Positions 26,505 to 40,852 of a stretch of 64,000 nt of DNA are shown here, piece after piece. The number at the start of each line of letters is the position of its first letter. Position 1 is the first letter of the stretch. The translations under genes and the position numbers were made by a program. The notes beneath the pieces were generated by a model, which saw nothing but the letters and a program-made list of their open reading frames with translations, was not told the origin of the DNA and did no database searches. Origin of the DNA: Phoronis australis (Eukaryota; Animalia; Phoronida); the NCBI GenBank assembly GCA_002633005.1, contig NMRA01000040.1:927805-991804 (forward strand), given 5' to 3'.

Positions 26505-26612
26505 TGACGCATAGTGGCCATTTTTATTATTGTATAGACGTCCAGCCCTGTACCCGCCAAGCAGCATGAAGGATCGTTATAAAAATTGGCAGTTGTGTTT
26601 CTGGTGAGATGA

Positions 26613-28243
26613 TAGTTGGAGAGCAGGACTTTATTCACACTTTTGGGTGCAAAAGGTTTGAGTGCATAATTCTATTGCAAATTGCCAACCATTTAAGGAA
26701 AGGGACGTCTTAAGTTGCCCAATCCTGGGCTTGGCCCCTGTGGGGTCCGAAAAAGGACCAAAAATTCTATTTAATTAAAATGTTCGAGTGCAACATCTGT
26801 TTCAAGCTTAGCTCATTGTAATCACCACTCAAATTAAAATGATGCAACTTAAGACACGGAAATGCCTGGGGTTATTAATCAAGACGCCTATTAACGACCA
26901 AGTAACGATTTATTTAAACTTTTTTGAGTGCAACAATTTTTTTTTTAAAAGATAATTTAGTACCTCTGGACACCTTATTCACAACTTAAGAAGCGACTTT
27001 TTCTGGGGTTTGCAGATAAGACGGGGGTATTTGGACCTCTGAGGTAGAGAAGACCCCCAAAAATGGACTTGTACGAAAGAGGAAATATAAAAATTTTGAT
27101 TACTATTATGGATAATAAATGATTCCAAATGAACAAAAATACCAGTTTTGACATGAAAAATCCTTGTGTTATTAATTAAGACACTCATTAATTAACCACC
27201 AATTAACAATTTATTTAAACTTTTGAGTGCAACAAAAATTCTTTTTCCAAAAGATAGTCTAGTAACTCTGGACACCATATGTGACCCACCACGACAAAAT
27301 GAGTCTTAAGTCGGAAACTCTATTTTCTGACTAGACTGCAAACAGTCACTATCGTTGTCTCCAATATAGAAAGTAGGCTCTGACAACAGATCTGCACTGG
27401 ATGGGAAGATCTTGCTGGTTAGCTGCAGTCAAATGCTTAAAACCAATTTTTGTCCATTCAGGTACGGTGTAGAAGCGATACATATCTCCTCTGCCACGGT
27501 ACAAGCCCTCAAACCTAAAAACTAAAGGTCACGTGAAAACAGACATGATAGATTCCATTTCAACGTGTAATAGATTTCCGGAAGACATAGGATAGGGAGT
27601 AAACAAATAGTCTAATGGATATTTGTCACGTACCCTTTGCCATTGGGCTTGGGTTGTAATCTTAACTCACTAACCAATATTGAGTTGATAGCATAAACAT
27701 TCAGCATTGATTGATGTAACTGTCACCAGTAAACCAGTCAGAAATCATTCCAAACAATAACACTGCTTTGATGTACGAAAAGATCCCGAGTGCTACGTCA
27801 GGTATCGTAACACACATCACAACAAAGATAAACCCGACTGGTGACTGCCGCGAAGTCGACTTCGGCGAGTACCTCAGTTAACAGGCATCAGTAGAATAAA
27901 CATGGAATAAGTACACGCGCGCTCTCTAGTTAATGTAAATTTTCCGAATAGCCCCATTAGTAGGTGTCTTAATTAATAACCCCAGGCATTTCCGCGTCTT
28001 CAGTTGCATCATTTTAATTTGAGTGGTGATTACAATGAACTAAACTTGGAACGGATGTTGCACTCAAACATTTTAATTAAATGGAATTTTTGGTCCTTTT
28101 TTGGACCCCACTGGGGCCAAAGCCCAGGATTGTGTAACTTAAGTCGCACTTTTCCTTAAATGGTTGGTAATTTATCATAGAATTATGCACTCAAACCTTT
28201 TGCACCCAAAAGTGTTAATAAAGTCCTGCTGGCTCTCCAACTA
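26613..28243. mobile_element. Non-autonomous Academ-type element with long TIRs
   Basis: TAGTTGGAGAGC..AGGACTTTATT ... AATAAAGTCCT..GCTCTCCAACTA, ~270-bp TIRs, TAG..CTA termini, 3-bp TSD TGA (26610-26612 / 28244-28246). The right end recurs at 29089 in the duplicated segment. Confidence 0.75.
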
Positions 28244-28299
28244 TGATGACTGATATTGATTTTTGGTGGGACCGACCACTGTGGTGCAACTTAGAGACN

Positions 28300-28679
28300 A
28301 CTCAAAACGAACTCGAAACTATTTTTGGCAATTTCTTTACTCCTTTTGTGCAAACTTAAGATAATTGGTTATCAGACTGTGCTCGAATACATTATAGTTT
28401 ATGCATAGGAGTTTCTAGTTCAAGTTTGCCGTTGAAGACCCTTATATTCGTGCTACAAACTCAAGTAAAAACTCGAGTTTTCGAGTTCAAACTCGAACTT
28501 ATTGCTTTAATATTGGGTTTACAAACTGTGAACTAAGGGCAATAAATTATCTAGGTAAGTTATTGTGTACTCGAGCATAGAATAATAGACACTTATCTTG
28601 AGTTCCCCCAAAAGTAGAGTAGAAAATGCCAAACCTAATTTCGAGTTCCATTTCGAGTAAAAAGATTGGAGACCTGGCC
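28300..28679. mobile_element. PIF/Harbinger-type MITE, second copy, one end only
   Basis: Near-identical to 5338-5623. Ends GGAGACCTGGCC then CCG; empty site aaacCCGact at ~27830-27839. Confidence 0.7.
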
Positions 28680-30194
28680 CCGACTGGTGACTGCCGCGAA
28701 GTCGACTTCGGCGAGTACCTCAGTTAACAGGCATCAGTAGAATAAACATGGAATAAGTACACGCGCGCTCTCTAGTTAATGTAAATTTTCCGAATAGCCC
28801 CATTAGTAGGTGTCTTAATGAATAACCCCAGGCATTTCCGCGTCTTCAGTTGCATCATTTTAATTTGAGTGGTGATTACAATGAACTAAACTTGGAACGG
28901 ATGTTGCACTCAAACATTTTAATTAAATGGAATTTTTGGTCCTTTTTTGGACCCCACTGGGGCCAAAGCCCAGGATTGTGTAACTTAAGTCGCACTTTTC
29001 CTTAAATGGTTGGTAATTTATCATAGAATTATGCACTCAAACCTTTTGCACCCAAAAGTGTTAATAAAGTCCTGCTGGCTCTCCAACTATGATGACTGAT
29101 ATTGATTTTTGGTGGGACCGACCACTGTGGTGCAACTTAGAGACATTTTGTTTGCGTTTGGGACTGTATCTACTCATCCATGTGCAGAATCTTTGTGAAA
29201 TTAAGTGTTTTCCTAATAACGTGGCAGTGGATGAAGACTATGTTGAACAAATCTGACTACTACATGCCCCCTAGTGGTAATTTTGTATTTTCATGTTCGC
29301 CTCTGTATCTTCAGTGTTGCCTGATGGCTTTTCATGAAATTTAGTGAGTAGATTTGTGTTTAAGAGATGATAATGCCTTAATATTATATTCAGACTGTTT
29401 CAATGTGTTCTCCACGACCTAGGTAGCAATAATTATTATTTTTGAGGCTGTGTTTTGGTGTCCACCTCTTTATTCACAAAATGTCTCAATGAATCATAAA
29501 AATTGGCAGATTGTTCCTACATTGGCATTGATTTTTGAATGAGTCCAACTACTGTGGCACCCCTTGGTGGCATTTTAATTTTTTTGCACCTGCAGCTGTA
29601 TCGCATCTCTTGCGGTATCATCTTTACTCCTTGCAGTTTCTTTGTGCAATTTTATTCTTATGAACATGACAGTGAGTGATCATTTCTTGTGGATGGATCC
29701 GACTACTGCTGTGCCCCCTAGTGGCAAATTTTTTACATTTCCTTCTGGCAGTGTATCTTTGGAGTTCTTCGACAGATCATCAAGAAATTTGGCAAATAGT
29801 TATCCATTAGGGAGGTGACGATGCTATCCCATTTTGGTACAGTTTTGAATACTCTTACCTGTCTAATGGACATTTTTATGATACTTATAAATATCCTTAG
29901 AAGTGTACCATTTTTGTGGTACAGTCATGGGTGGATTTTTACACTGCTTTGCTTTTGTTTGGGGTGGTAAATCAACAGCACTGATGCTTGATAAAGGTCA
30001 GTAAGGGGTTGATAGTGACTGACTTGTCAAACTACAGCATTTAAGAACTTGGTTGATTCCATTTGTGTGGTTTTTGAAAAAATATATCAAGAACTCAGGT
30101 ACGTTTCAAAATGACTAGGGGACAGAGTAGAACCAAGTATGCAGCGCTATTCTAAGTTGCGTATGTGAACTCTGGAAGATTTATAAAGTTAACC

Positions 30195-30555
30195 CACTTT
30201 TCTTCTCCCTCTTCTCCCCTTCCTCACCCATCCCTCCTACCTCCTCTGCATCCTCCTTTAACACATCTCAGTTTACCACAGTCTCTACCCCCACCCCTCC
30301 CATCACCTCTTCCCTTAACTTATCCCATTTCACCTCACTTTCTCATTCCCCAAATCCTCCCACTTTGTTTCCCTCCACCTTCTCGCTTCACCTCTTTTTC
30401 CCCACCCCGTCCCACTATTTCTTTATACTTTCCAGTCCTCCCACTACCTTTTGTCATCCATGGCCCTCCCATTACCACTCCATCCTCCCTTTTTCCCTCT
30501 TACTTCTCACTTCTGCTCCCTCTGTCATCACCCTCTTCCTTTCCCTCCAACTTTT
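30195..30555. repeat. Low-complexity polypyrimidine (C/T) tract
   Basis: ~360 bp with almost no G on the + strand; source of the spurious Pro/Leu/Ser ORF. Confidence 0.9.
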
Positions 30556-30608
30556 GAAATTAGAAATTGTAGTAATTGAAATTGTTGTGTAATCAAAATG
30601 TTGTGTAA

Positions 30609-30905
<297 letters not shown>

Positions 30906-31103
30906 TAAACTAAGACCTGCAGTTACTGAATAGAAGATGCAACTCTTTTGGTTGGTTCTTATTATTTTTATTGGCTAGGAGAATGTTTGTACTTATATAA
31001 TATGGTGTAACTTGTTTTTCACTTTTAGTGGATAACCTGAACAAGCAGTTATTCTTGACAAAAAATGAAAGTTGGATATGGTTAACTTTTTATCTTTGTG
31101 TGA

Positions 31104-31391
<288 letters not shown>

Positions 31392-32003
31392 TAGTCTGGT
31401 CACTTGATGTTTTTCATTTAAAGACACATGGCATGTACAGAACCCAGGCACTATAAGCAGTGTAATACGAAGACAAGGGTACAGTGTGTAGGGCAAGTTC
31501 TAAATTATTTAGTACTAGCATAGTATTCACAGAGGCCGAGTTTATAAAGGAGTTGCCGTGAGAAGAAAGACACCAGCAAAGTAAAGTAATCATTATAGGG
31601 AGGGACCAAATTGCGTTGCTAAGTTACTCGATGTTATTTTTATTGTCAATCATAAGCCAGAATAGATTGGAGCTGGCTAGTGTCTAGGCACTAGTTTACA
31701 TGTGCCTAAAACACCACACTGGTTGGTGACAGGTTGACTATCTTCCCGTACATTGCTTTAGAAAGTGGTATATTAACCCTGTTGTTTTGTGCCATCTGAC
31801 ATGAACTTGGTTCTTAATTGTTCACTCACTGTCAGTGCTGTCCACACAAAGAATTATTTAGAATCTATAATATTATGCTTAGTTTTATGAGATGGAAGCT
31901 CAACCTACCTAGTGTTCATTTATTTTGAGGCTATCGTATACTTCTTGTTCTGTAAAATCCAACATTGCAAGACTTCACTTAGATATTAAGGTGTTTGATT
32001 GTG

Positions 32004-34940
32004 TTTTTATGTGCCTACATATGTATATGTTGGTGCATATTACTGTCATCTCTGCCTGGGTGTCTGAGCATCCGCTGTCTGGCGTCTGCAGCCATATGTC
32101 CTAAATTCCTCACAGGATCTTGATGACATTTGGCGCATGGGTTCCAATGAACAAGGCTTGGAATTTTCCACGGAAACGCGGATTTCTGCTTTTTTCTTTT
32201 TTTCCCTCTGAGTATTTTCGTTATACTTTCGCGGAACAAATCGGATTTGCCATAAAATTATCGTGGCAAATTGGTTTCTCAACGCGGCAGTGCCGACGGC
32301 TCGAAAAACGGAAACGGCTCTTTATGTTTCTTAGGAACGAAAATTGTAATTGTGGATCGCAGTTGCTCGAATTTCGCGATGACTCGTAACCATATACAAG
32401 AAACATGCTTTCTTATTAGTGAGTGACGTCAGAGGCAATTGAGGAACAGATAAATTCAAACGCCTGTGTCTGGGATAGCGTGGTTCATCAATGGCGTCTG
32501 CATGTGGTAAAAAATCGCAGCGACAAATAGTGCGATTCTGCGGTCAAAAATGCGTGGAGCGTGGAGTAGACAGAATATTTCGTGGAAAAGTGGATAAAAG
32601 AAACGGTCAATGTCTTCACAAACAACATAAGTCAAAGTTTGTGTTCTGTAAACTTTGAGAGAGGAACAATTACGGAATGCGTCGGCGAGATGCCTCGGAC
32701 TAAGTTGGTGTCGGAGGACCGACTGAAAACGATGTAACACTAGAAATAACAACGCTTTCTGAAAGGAAATTCAATTGTAACCAGTTATTCGTTGGATTGG
32801 AATCCTGGGATGTGAGTGATGTATGAAATTCTTTTGTTTGATCCTACATGCACGCCCATTGTCGTTGGCTGCTAAGCCTAAGTCTAGGCCTGACCGCTTG
32901 AGTGCAATTTTCTACGTGCTGCCGAAATGGGATACAAAATGCTATTTTCGTTGCTGAAAATGGGTTTAAATTGCCTATTTGTATTTCAATTTATTTTGAC
33001 ATTTTTCGTGTTCTATTTTGTGACTCGAGTTTTGCAGTTGTAGAGAAGTGATCACGTGACAGATTCTGAATGATCTGATTGGTCTAAGCCATTGTTTACA
33101 AATTCTGCCAGACTATTTTCAGTATCCTCGCTTATGTCACATAGTTTCTTCTCCACCAGCGTGGCTTATGAACAATTAACTCCTGTAATTACTGTTTGGC
33201 CAACTTAGGATTGTGATTGATGCATTCTATAAACTATGATGTTTTTGACTTTCATTTTTCCATGGTAACAGTTGGGGTATGAGCCACAGGTTTTCATCTT
33301 GACTTTTTTCCATTTGCGTTGGAATTAAAATTTTTGTTGGAATTAAATGTGTATGTATTTCAGGCTTTCTAGATAATCTATGGATCAATTTTCTTTTTTT
33401 GTGTACTTTTGTATCGTAATTATAAGAATTGAAAATAATATTATTGGTCTTCCACAGTGCAACAAATCAACAAAGCTCCTGCCACTCAGACTGCAAATTT
33501 TTTATCATTATTGTTATTATTTTAATTTTAAAAACTATTTTTTGTTGCATCTAATTGCCTTCATTGTTGTTGCTGAAATAGATGTCAGGTACTGCTTAAG
33601 ATGAGTGTGTTTTGCCAACACGACACAGTAACTTTCGATCAGTTGAGGTATGGTTTAAATTGAAATGTGTATTTAGGGCCGTAAAATTTTCCTCTTTTTT
33701 GTCATGGGTCATTCCAAGCCCTGAGATGACAACTGATGACAACGAATTTCGGATGAATCTGATTACCATTGTGCCCCTAATGGCAATTTTAGTTTTTACG
33801 TTTACCATCTTCAAAGGCCCTCAACCGATTAGTGAGATGACGCTATCCTCCCGTTTTCGGATGGATTCAAGATATTTTGCACGACCAAGTGGCCATTTTT
33901 ACTGTTTTCGAGTCTTTTTGGCATTTGCCCCTCTATGAACTGGACCACTCTAAGGAGGATTGTGAAAATTGACGTACAAGTTCTTAGTGTGAAGAGGACA
34001 GTTGCCGATAATTTTCCGACAACTTCGACTACTGTGGCTCCTCCCAGTAGCAGTTTTTTTGCGCCCGTAGCTCTGTCTGCTAAACCCACTGCAGGATCTT
34101 TAATAAATTAAAAAAATGCATTTATATGAAGTTGACAACAGATGACGGTGACTTTTAGATGGATCCGACGAACGCTGTGCCCCCTAGTGGCATTTTCATT
34201 TTTTCCCGTTTTGCAGAAGTTCTTTGACGGAATTTTATGAAATCTAATAAATGGCTTTCTATTCAGGAAATGATGACATGTTCCCGTTTTTGGATGGATT
34301 TGACATATTTTGCGCCATCTTGTGGTCATTTTTACTGTGTTCTAGTCTGTGTTTGACGTCTGCCCCTCTGTCAACCAAACCACTCTAAGGATGAAAATAC
34401 TTAGTGAAGATCCTTTTTAGAGCCAAGGAACCGTACGTTGATGTAATAAGTGTGTAGCCGTCTGCTTAGTGTTTTCATCACTTAAATGGAGCCCAGTAAT
34501 ATACATAGAATCTACTCTAAGAATGGTTTTAAAAATTGGCATACTGGTATTATGTTCTTAGTGTGAAGAAGTTGACAATGATTCTACGACCACTTAGAGT
34601 ACTGTGGTGCTTCCTAGTGCCAGTTATGTTTTTTGCGTCCATAGCTGTATCTCCTAAACCCACTGCAAGCTCTATATTAATTTTAGCATGTTTATTTACA
34701 TGAAGTTGACAATGGACGATGACGACTTTCACTGTGTTTGTTCAATCCATCCGACGGATCAAAGAAACACTGTGTCCCCTAGTAGCAATTTGTTTCTTGT
34801 GTTTCCTGTTTCTCTGAAGCTTCTTGGTAGATTTTTATGAAGTTTGGTACTATTAGATAGTGTTGTCTAGTGGCCATTTGTATGATTCCAGTAATCACCC
34901 CTAGAACCACACTGTTTGCGGTGCATATCAATGCTCTGCA
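32004..34940 (+). mobile_element. HINE copy interrupted by a hAT-like element
   Basis: 5' TTTTTATGTGCCTACATATGTATATGT; monomers resume at 33724; decayed 3' end GTGCAT..ATGCTCTGCAT. Confidence 0.7.
32152..33723. mobile_element. Non-autonomous hAT-like DNA transposon
   Basis: TIRs CA(A/G)GGCTTGGAAT ... ATTCCAAGCCCTG; related copy starts at 50568. No clean 8-bp TSD, so the superfamily is tentative. Confidence 0.65.
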
Positions 34941-36334
34941 TCACTGAAGTTATTGTATGCAGGGTTTATATTATTGTCAAACTCCTTGGGACACTGTAGG
35001 ACAACAGACTTTAATCCTCATATTTTGTTCATTGAGGTCAGTATTAATCACTGCAATATAATTGTGATTGTTGAAGGCTATGTTGCAGTCAAATGACCCA
35101 GTAGTCTTATCACTTTGGAAGACATACCTCTAGTATTTAGTAGTTTGGACACCCCTTCTAGGGCCTTTGACCTCTAGTTTCTACCTTTAAAATCAACATT
35201 TTGAAGTTATTATAAATTAAAACACCTTTCCCAATGTCACATTCAAATGCTTCTGAAGCCATGCTTCACCCTGTCTTACACATGCTAGGTGTTTTCCTCA
35301 CCCAAGGAGGCTGACATTTTGTTTGTCATGTATCATCTCATGACAGACTCCTCTCTGATTGGTTGATCCAAGTGCCGTTGGAGCTTACTTTTTAACATGC
35401 GCCAAATAGCTGCAGAACCAACCAGACTTCTCAAGAGTGTTGGTGTTCTGGGCATGTTAATTGACACACTGTAATTTACACTGTATCCTGCAGGCTAAAA
35501 CTTGCTAAGTCTTTTAAATAAAATTTCGATTGCAAAGTGTTGCTAGAAGCAAACAACACTTATCACATTGATCTAAAACTGTCACTAATCAATGTGTAGA
35601 GTTTGCAAAGCTCAAATTGAGTTTATTTAATATTTTCAATTGGAGCTATTTTCTTTATGATAATGATTAAGCTAAGTAAGTCATTTTAGGTCATTTAGTA
35701 AGTACGGTGCTGATTGATCAATGTGTGATTAACTTTAGCCAATTTAAAGCAAGGTCACAATACAACTCCCTTGTCTCCTTCCAAAGAAGGCTCTTGTGAT
35801 AGATGTGCAAATTTGTTTATTATAATATTGGTTAGTTTGATTCCTCATGAGTTCTGTCCAAAATGTCTATGTCCTTGTTTAAGTTTAAACATTGTAGTAT
35901 TTATTGTAGAACTGTGTCTATATGTATTCAAAATTGGGAACTTGTCAGTGAGGAAGTCTAAAACTAATGGTTCCAACAATGCTGCCCTCTAGAGTTGGTA
36001 ACTTGTCAACCAACAGGAGCCAGGAGCTGGCAATAACTTTTGAGTGAAAATACACTGAAAACCAGAAAGCCTGACATGTTCAGACTTACCTGCCAACTTA
36101 GCTCTTTTTGTGTTCCTTGATTTTGTACTATAATTGCATTTTAATTTAATTTTATCACCAAGTAATTTACTTAGCCATCTGTTCACAACCATGCTTTCTT
36201 GTGGACAAATTCACAACTTTCTTTTGTCAGGCAACTTTTATTTGTTCGTACTTGTATATTGCGAACAGAAAATGAATGGGAGATAACTACAGTTTTGTCA
36301 GTGTATTTATATCCAATCTAATATTCACAGGTGA

Positions 36335-36541
<207 letters not shown>

Positions 36542-36599
36542 TAGCTGTTTGAAATTCATCAAAGGTTATTGATTTAAAAGTGGCCGGGCTTTCCTTCCA

Positions 36600-37100
36600 A
36601 GCTTGAGTTTGAAGTTAGACCTGCAAACATTCATACTGATTAAACAATAATTGTTTTTTGTCTTTTGTGAATCAACTCCCTATAGTTTAGTTAACTGTTG
36701 AAGTTCAAAGCATTTTTGTTCTTACTTTACCCGTTTACCTTTATCCTGTATCCTATTTTAGTTGCAGTTGTGTATCAGTCTCAGAAAAGCTCAAGTAAAA
36801 ATTTGGAATCATGATGAAAATACATGAGCGGGAGGTGCACAGTTTTTCTGCGAAAGTGAGGGGGCTTGTCACCTTTTGATAATGGGCGATTTTAATGCTC
36901 GTACGCATAACAGAGCAGACTTTATTGATAGTATTAAGTATATGGATGAATCCAGTGCTATTTTTGATATTATTAGTTATATAGAAGATTAGCCTATGTT
37001 TTAGGACCTCACAAGCTTATGGTGAGGTAAATGAGTTCGGTGCAGAATTATTAGTTTTGTCAAAGAAATGAGATGAGAATTCTGAATGAAAATTTCACGT
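36600..37100 (+). mobile_element. Decayed LINE APE-endonuclease fragment
   Basis: GACHLLIMGDFNARTHNRADF at ~36862-36925. Confidence 0.6.
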
Positions 37101-37559
37101 TTTTAACACTCTGCATTTTATATGTTTGACACGCCACGTTTTACATGTTTAACATGCCACGTTTTACACATTTGACACGCTTTTAGGGTGATCCAATACT
37201 CCACGTTTTTAGAGCATGTCAAACGTGTCAAATTCTCATCCTGGTAATGCGCCACCTAAAGGCCATTTTCAAGTCTGTTTTTTGGCGTCCACCCCTCTAT
37301 CAACCAAACCATTTTTAGGATGATTTTGAAAATTGGCGTATATGTTCTCATTGTGAAGAGGATAGTTGGCAATGATGACTTCAACGACTGTGGCACCTCC
37401 TAGTGGTGGTTTTGTTTTGTTTTGCGCCCGTAGCTGTATCTTCTAAGCCCAATACAGGAACTTTATTAAATTTAGTAAGTGTATTTTCAAGAAACTAACA
37501 ATAGATGAACAACACGGTCTGAAACACAGAACTATGCCGATAAGCTAACAGAGCTATCG

Positions 37560-38358
37560 TAGCGAGCCTCGTTTTGGAATGCGCCTCCTGTCGGCGTGAA
37601 TAGGGTCTATGAAAATTTATCTAAAGCCTTTTCTGAAAAACACCAACTTTTATGTTATATAATGTAAAATGTGATTAAATTTCCACATTTAGTATAAATC
37701 TTAAAAACAAATTATAGAAACAATCAACTCATTAACCCTGACTGTAGATTGTAAAATGTTTTGTGTAAATGCGTATCAGGTTTCAAATAACAAAGTTTGC
37801 AGAACGTAAATGCGGTAAATTGGGATTTGTGAATTGGCAGTCATTTTGGCGGCCATTTTGGTGGCCATTTTTTCAGCCATCTTGATTTTTTTCTCTCAAA
37901 CCAGTGACCAAACTGTAAGGCCCAGTTATTTTCAATTGTCTAACTTACAAAAGAATAAAACTTTTGCTATTTTCAGGGCAAAATATAAAAAGAAATCTTG
38001 CAACGTGTACCAAATTGCCGTTTCGGCCTCCATTTTGTCGGCCATATTGGTTTTATTTTACAAAAAATTGGCATCTTTTGATCGGTATGCCTGTTATGAC
38101 AAGTATATAATCAATGACAAACTTAATTGTTTTATTTTTAGCTGTTACATAAGGGGAATATGCCAGAAAACAGTAAACACCGGTTTTGTTGGCCATTTTT
38201 TCCGCCATCTTGAAAAACCAACTTCCGCCACTCCGATTTCGGTAGATTCTTTTTCTGACACCAAGGGATGTTTGAAGATGTCATTTATGCAAAAAAGCAC
38301 TTTCTGTTGCAATTCTTTTCTAGGTTGGGCCCTCTGGAGCCCTAGAATGACTGCACTA
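37560..38358. mobile_element. Possible non-autonomous DNA element (Academ-like) rich in GGCCATTTTG motifs
   Basis: TAG...CTA ends and the same motif type as the TIRs of 240-2937, but no convincing TIR or TSD. Confidence 0.35.
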
Positions 38359-38359
38359 T

Positions 38360-38781
38360 AATGCCATTGTTGATATGGGGTTGCGTTTCTCAACAATTTC
38401 ATCACGAGCTTGTGTTGCATGATCATATTCACGCTGAACCAGTTTGCGTCTGTATTCATATGTGAAATATTCTGTACAGGCTGCCTTGTCCTGTAACTTG
38501 AAATCACTATATTGCATTTGTCATTTCTGATGTGTGTTTCAGTGTGAACTAGTTGTAAATAGTAGCCTGAAGATGAGATATATGTCTCGAAATATCGTTT
38601 TTTAAATTACCTTCTGATGTTGTTTGGATTTTTATTGTACTTTTGTGATGTAAAGACAAGATCTCTATTTAGAGAGTTTGAAAGAACTGAAATTAAACTA
38701 CTAGTAAAAACAGATCAAAGTCGTGTCTTCAATGAAATATGCATATGAGAAAGATTACTGCCAAATTATAGTGATTTTAAA

Positions 38782-38782
<1 letters not shown>
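38360..38782 (+). mobile_element. Penelope-like pseudo-LTR fragment with hammerhead core and ORF N-terminus
   Basis: CTGAAGA-T-GAGAT-atat-GTCTC-GAAA-TA-TC at 38567-38596, followed by REFERTEIKL..RVFNEICI*ERLLPNY, resembling the PLE N-terminal FxxxCxxxxL(I/L)P motif. Confidence 0.6.
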
Positions 38783-38783
<1 letters not shown>

Positions 38784-38815
<32 letters not shown>

Positions 38816-38835
38816 GTACACATATGTATGTATAT
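38784..38835. repeat. (AC)n microsatellite decaying into (AT)/(ATGT)
   Basis: Direct reading. Confidence 0.95.
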
Positions 38836-39152
38836 AAGTCAAACTGCGATGGAAATTTTTTGTCGGAATGGACAATGAAGCCCGTGACCCAACGCTGGGT
38901 CGCTTGGATAAGAAAACCTGCCATTTGTTGACCATAACCTCATCTAATTGCTGAAAATCCCAGTAGATAAAAGGTGACATTTCATCACACAACTCCCACG
39001 GGATATATCTAATTAGTATCATGCAAGGTTCTCTTTAAATCTTTCGTTGGTGACCTGCTGAGTCACATAATCATTGTGATAACTTCAAGTAGCTCTGTCA
39101 AAATACCCTAATTACCATCACCAAATTTAGTGAGATTTTCTGAAAATTTTAA

Positions 39153-40852
39153 AGGAGAATGCCACCCAAAAACAACCTTTTTTGTATGAATTTGGATTGT
39201 GTAGTTCTCCTCGATAACGGCACGTTCGGTTGCGTTACCTGACACCTGACGGCAGACGAAGGTGTTGAAATTATCCAATGACATCATTGGTTTCACACGC
39301 AGTCTGTTCAGCAGTTCACAACACGGGTTACTGGTGTCAGCTTATCGCCTGAATTCATTGTTTAACACCAATAAATCACCAAACGTTGATGTAAAACCCT
39401 TAAAAATACACTGAGTTCTTATAGAAACGTGTTGTTTTATTTCACTGTTACTTATTCATTAGTATTTGGACACAGCGTAACCTGCAAAGTTCGGCTAGCC
39501 AATTTACCAGGGTCCGTAATGGGATCTCGGGTTCTGTTCGGAGATAAATTCAAAGTGTTCTTCCGTGAAATACAGACAAAAGAACCTAGGTCTGTGTTGT
39601 TTAGATTTTTTTAGTTCTAAACACATAAAACGCTTGTTATCCCGGCCAGTGGCTCGGAACCCGATCAGGCCCGGCGCGGCTGGACTGACTCGTTATCCTG
39701 GCCAGTGGCTCCGAACCCGATCAGGCCTGTCGCGGCAGCCGGGACTAGCATGAACACAACCAGCTTGAGTTGGAAACTAAACCTCCAGTCACCAAAACAC
39801 TATAATAGTGAGCCAAAGAAATAATGTGCACGTAATTATTTACGTGAATCAGCCACGAAACTGAAAATCTACTTCCTTGTCGGGGGCCGCGAAGTCGGGT
39901 TCCCTTCCATAGACTGTCAGGGCAAAGTTTGTACATTAAGAATGATATGAATAATGTATTTGTATTTCTAAATAAAGATTACCCTAACATGTGGCCATAG
40001 CGTATAAAATTGAGTAATTGTTTCACAACAGCTTTCTGTCAGCAAACACTGAATTAGCATGCGCTCACTCCCACACGGCCTCGGTGCTCGGTCAATTGCC
40101 TTTATTACCGGCATCAAAAGCCGGTAACGCAATGGTTTATTCATTGCTGGCTTCTCAACATTTGCACTCACAAATACTGCAAAGTGATTACAAATTGAAT
40201 CTAATGAGACACATTCAGTTTTATATAAGCATTTGTTAGGATGAGAATAATTCATTTTGAAACAGAATGCAGAATACATGGCAACTTGCCCGGCGCCAAG
40301 CCCGACTTAGTCAAGAACTCATCCAAAGAAGACTTCGCGGGTTGGGTCGTTAGGTTTCACATGCTATCAGTTCGAACCGAAATAAACTGACCAAGTAATA
40401 CTAGAGAGGTGCCGTGAACATACACAGACAACGGAACGTATGGATAGCTCTTTGGTAAGCCGGATTCAGAGAAATCACCGTGACTGTCTACAAAATACCA
40501 GCCACAGACACAGAGATGTTTCACGGCCTCATACTTGCTATTAACAGGGTACCTTTCATTCTTCACTACCGCGAGCCACTTCCTAAGCCTTTCGGGCTCT
40601 CGAGGAAGTCGAAAAAACGATATACCCGCTTTCTTCGTAGCTTCATAGTTCGGACTCGTGGGAACGATGCACCGCAATATAGCGGCATTAACTCTGCAGA
40701 CGAACCACTGACATCGCTGCATCATTTCTCACCTTCTTCACAGGTTAACGCCAAACCTTTCAGTAAGGTGAGGTCGACCGTATAAGAGGTGATGTAGATA
40801 TAGACTGATTAAGACGGTAAAAAAGACTAATAAAATTGGGTGGCATTCTCCT
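39153..40852 (-). mobile_element. Kolobok-type DNA transposon derivative carrying a degenerate THAP domain
   Basis: TTAA|AGGAGAATGCCACCCAA ... TTGGGTGGCATTCTCCT|TTAA (TIR plus TTAA TSD). Minus ORF CIVPTSPN..ISFFRLP..RLRKWL..LCVCGWYF..VP is a THAP finger with two Zn ligands lost. Right 527 bp duplicated at 40900-41426. Confidence 0.8.

Noticed and set aside
30165-30592. Proline-rich protein ORFs
   Set aside because: By-product of the C/T low-complexity tract.
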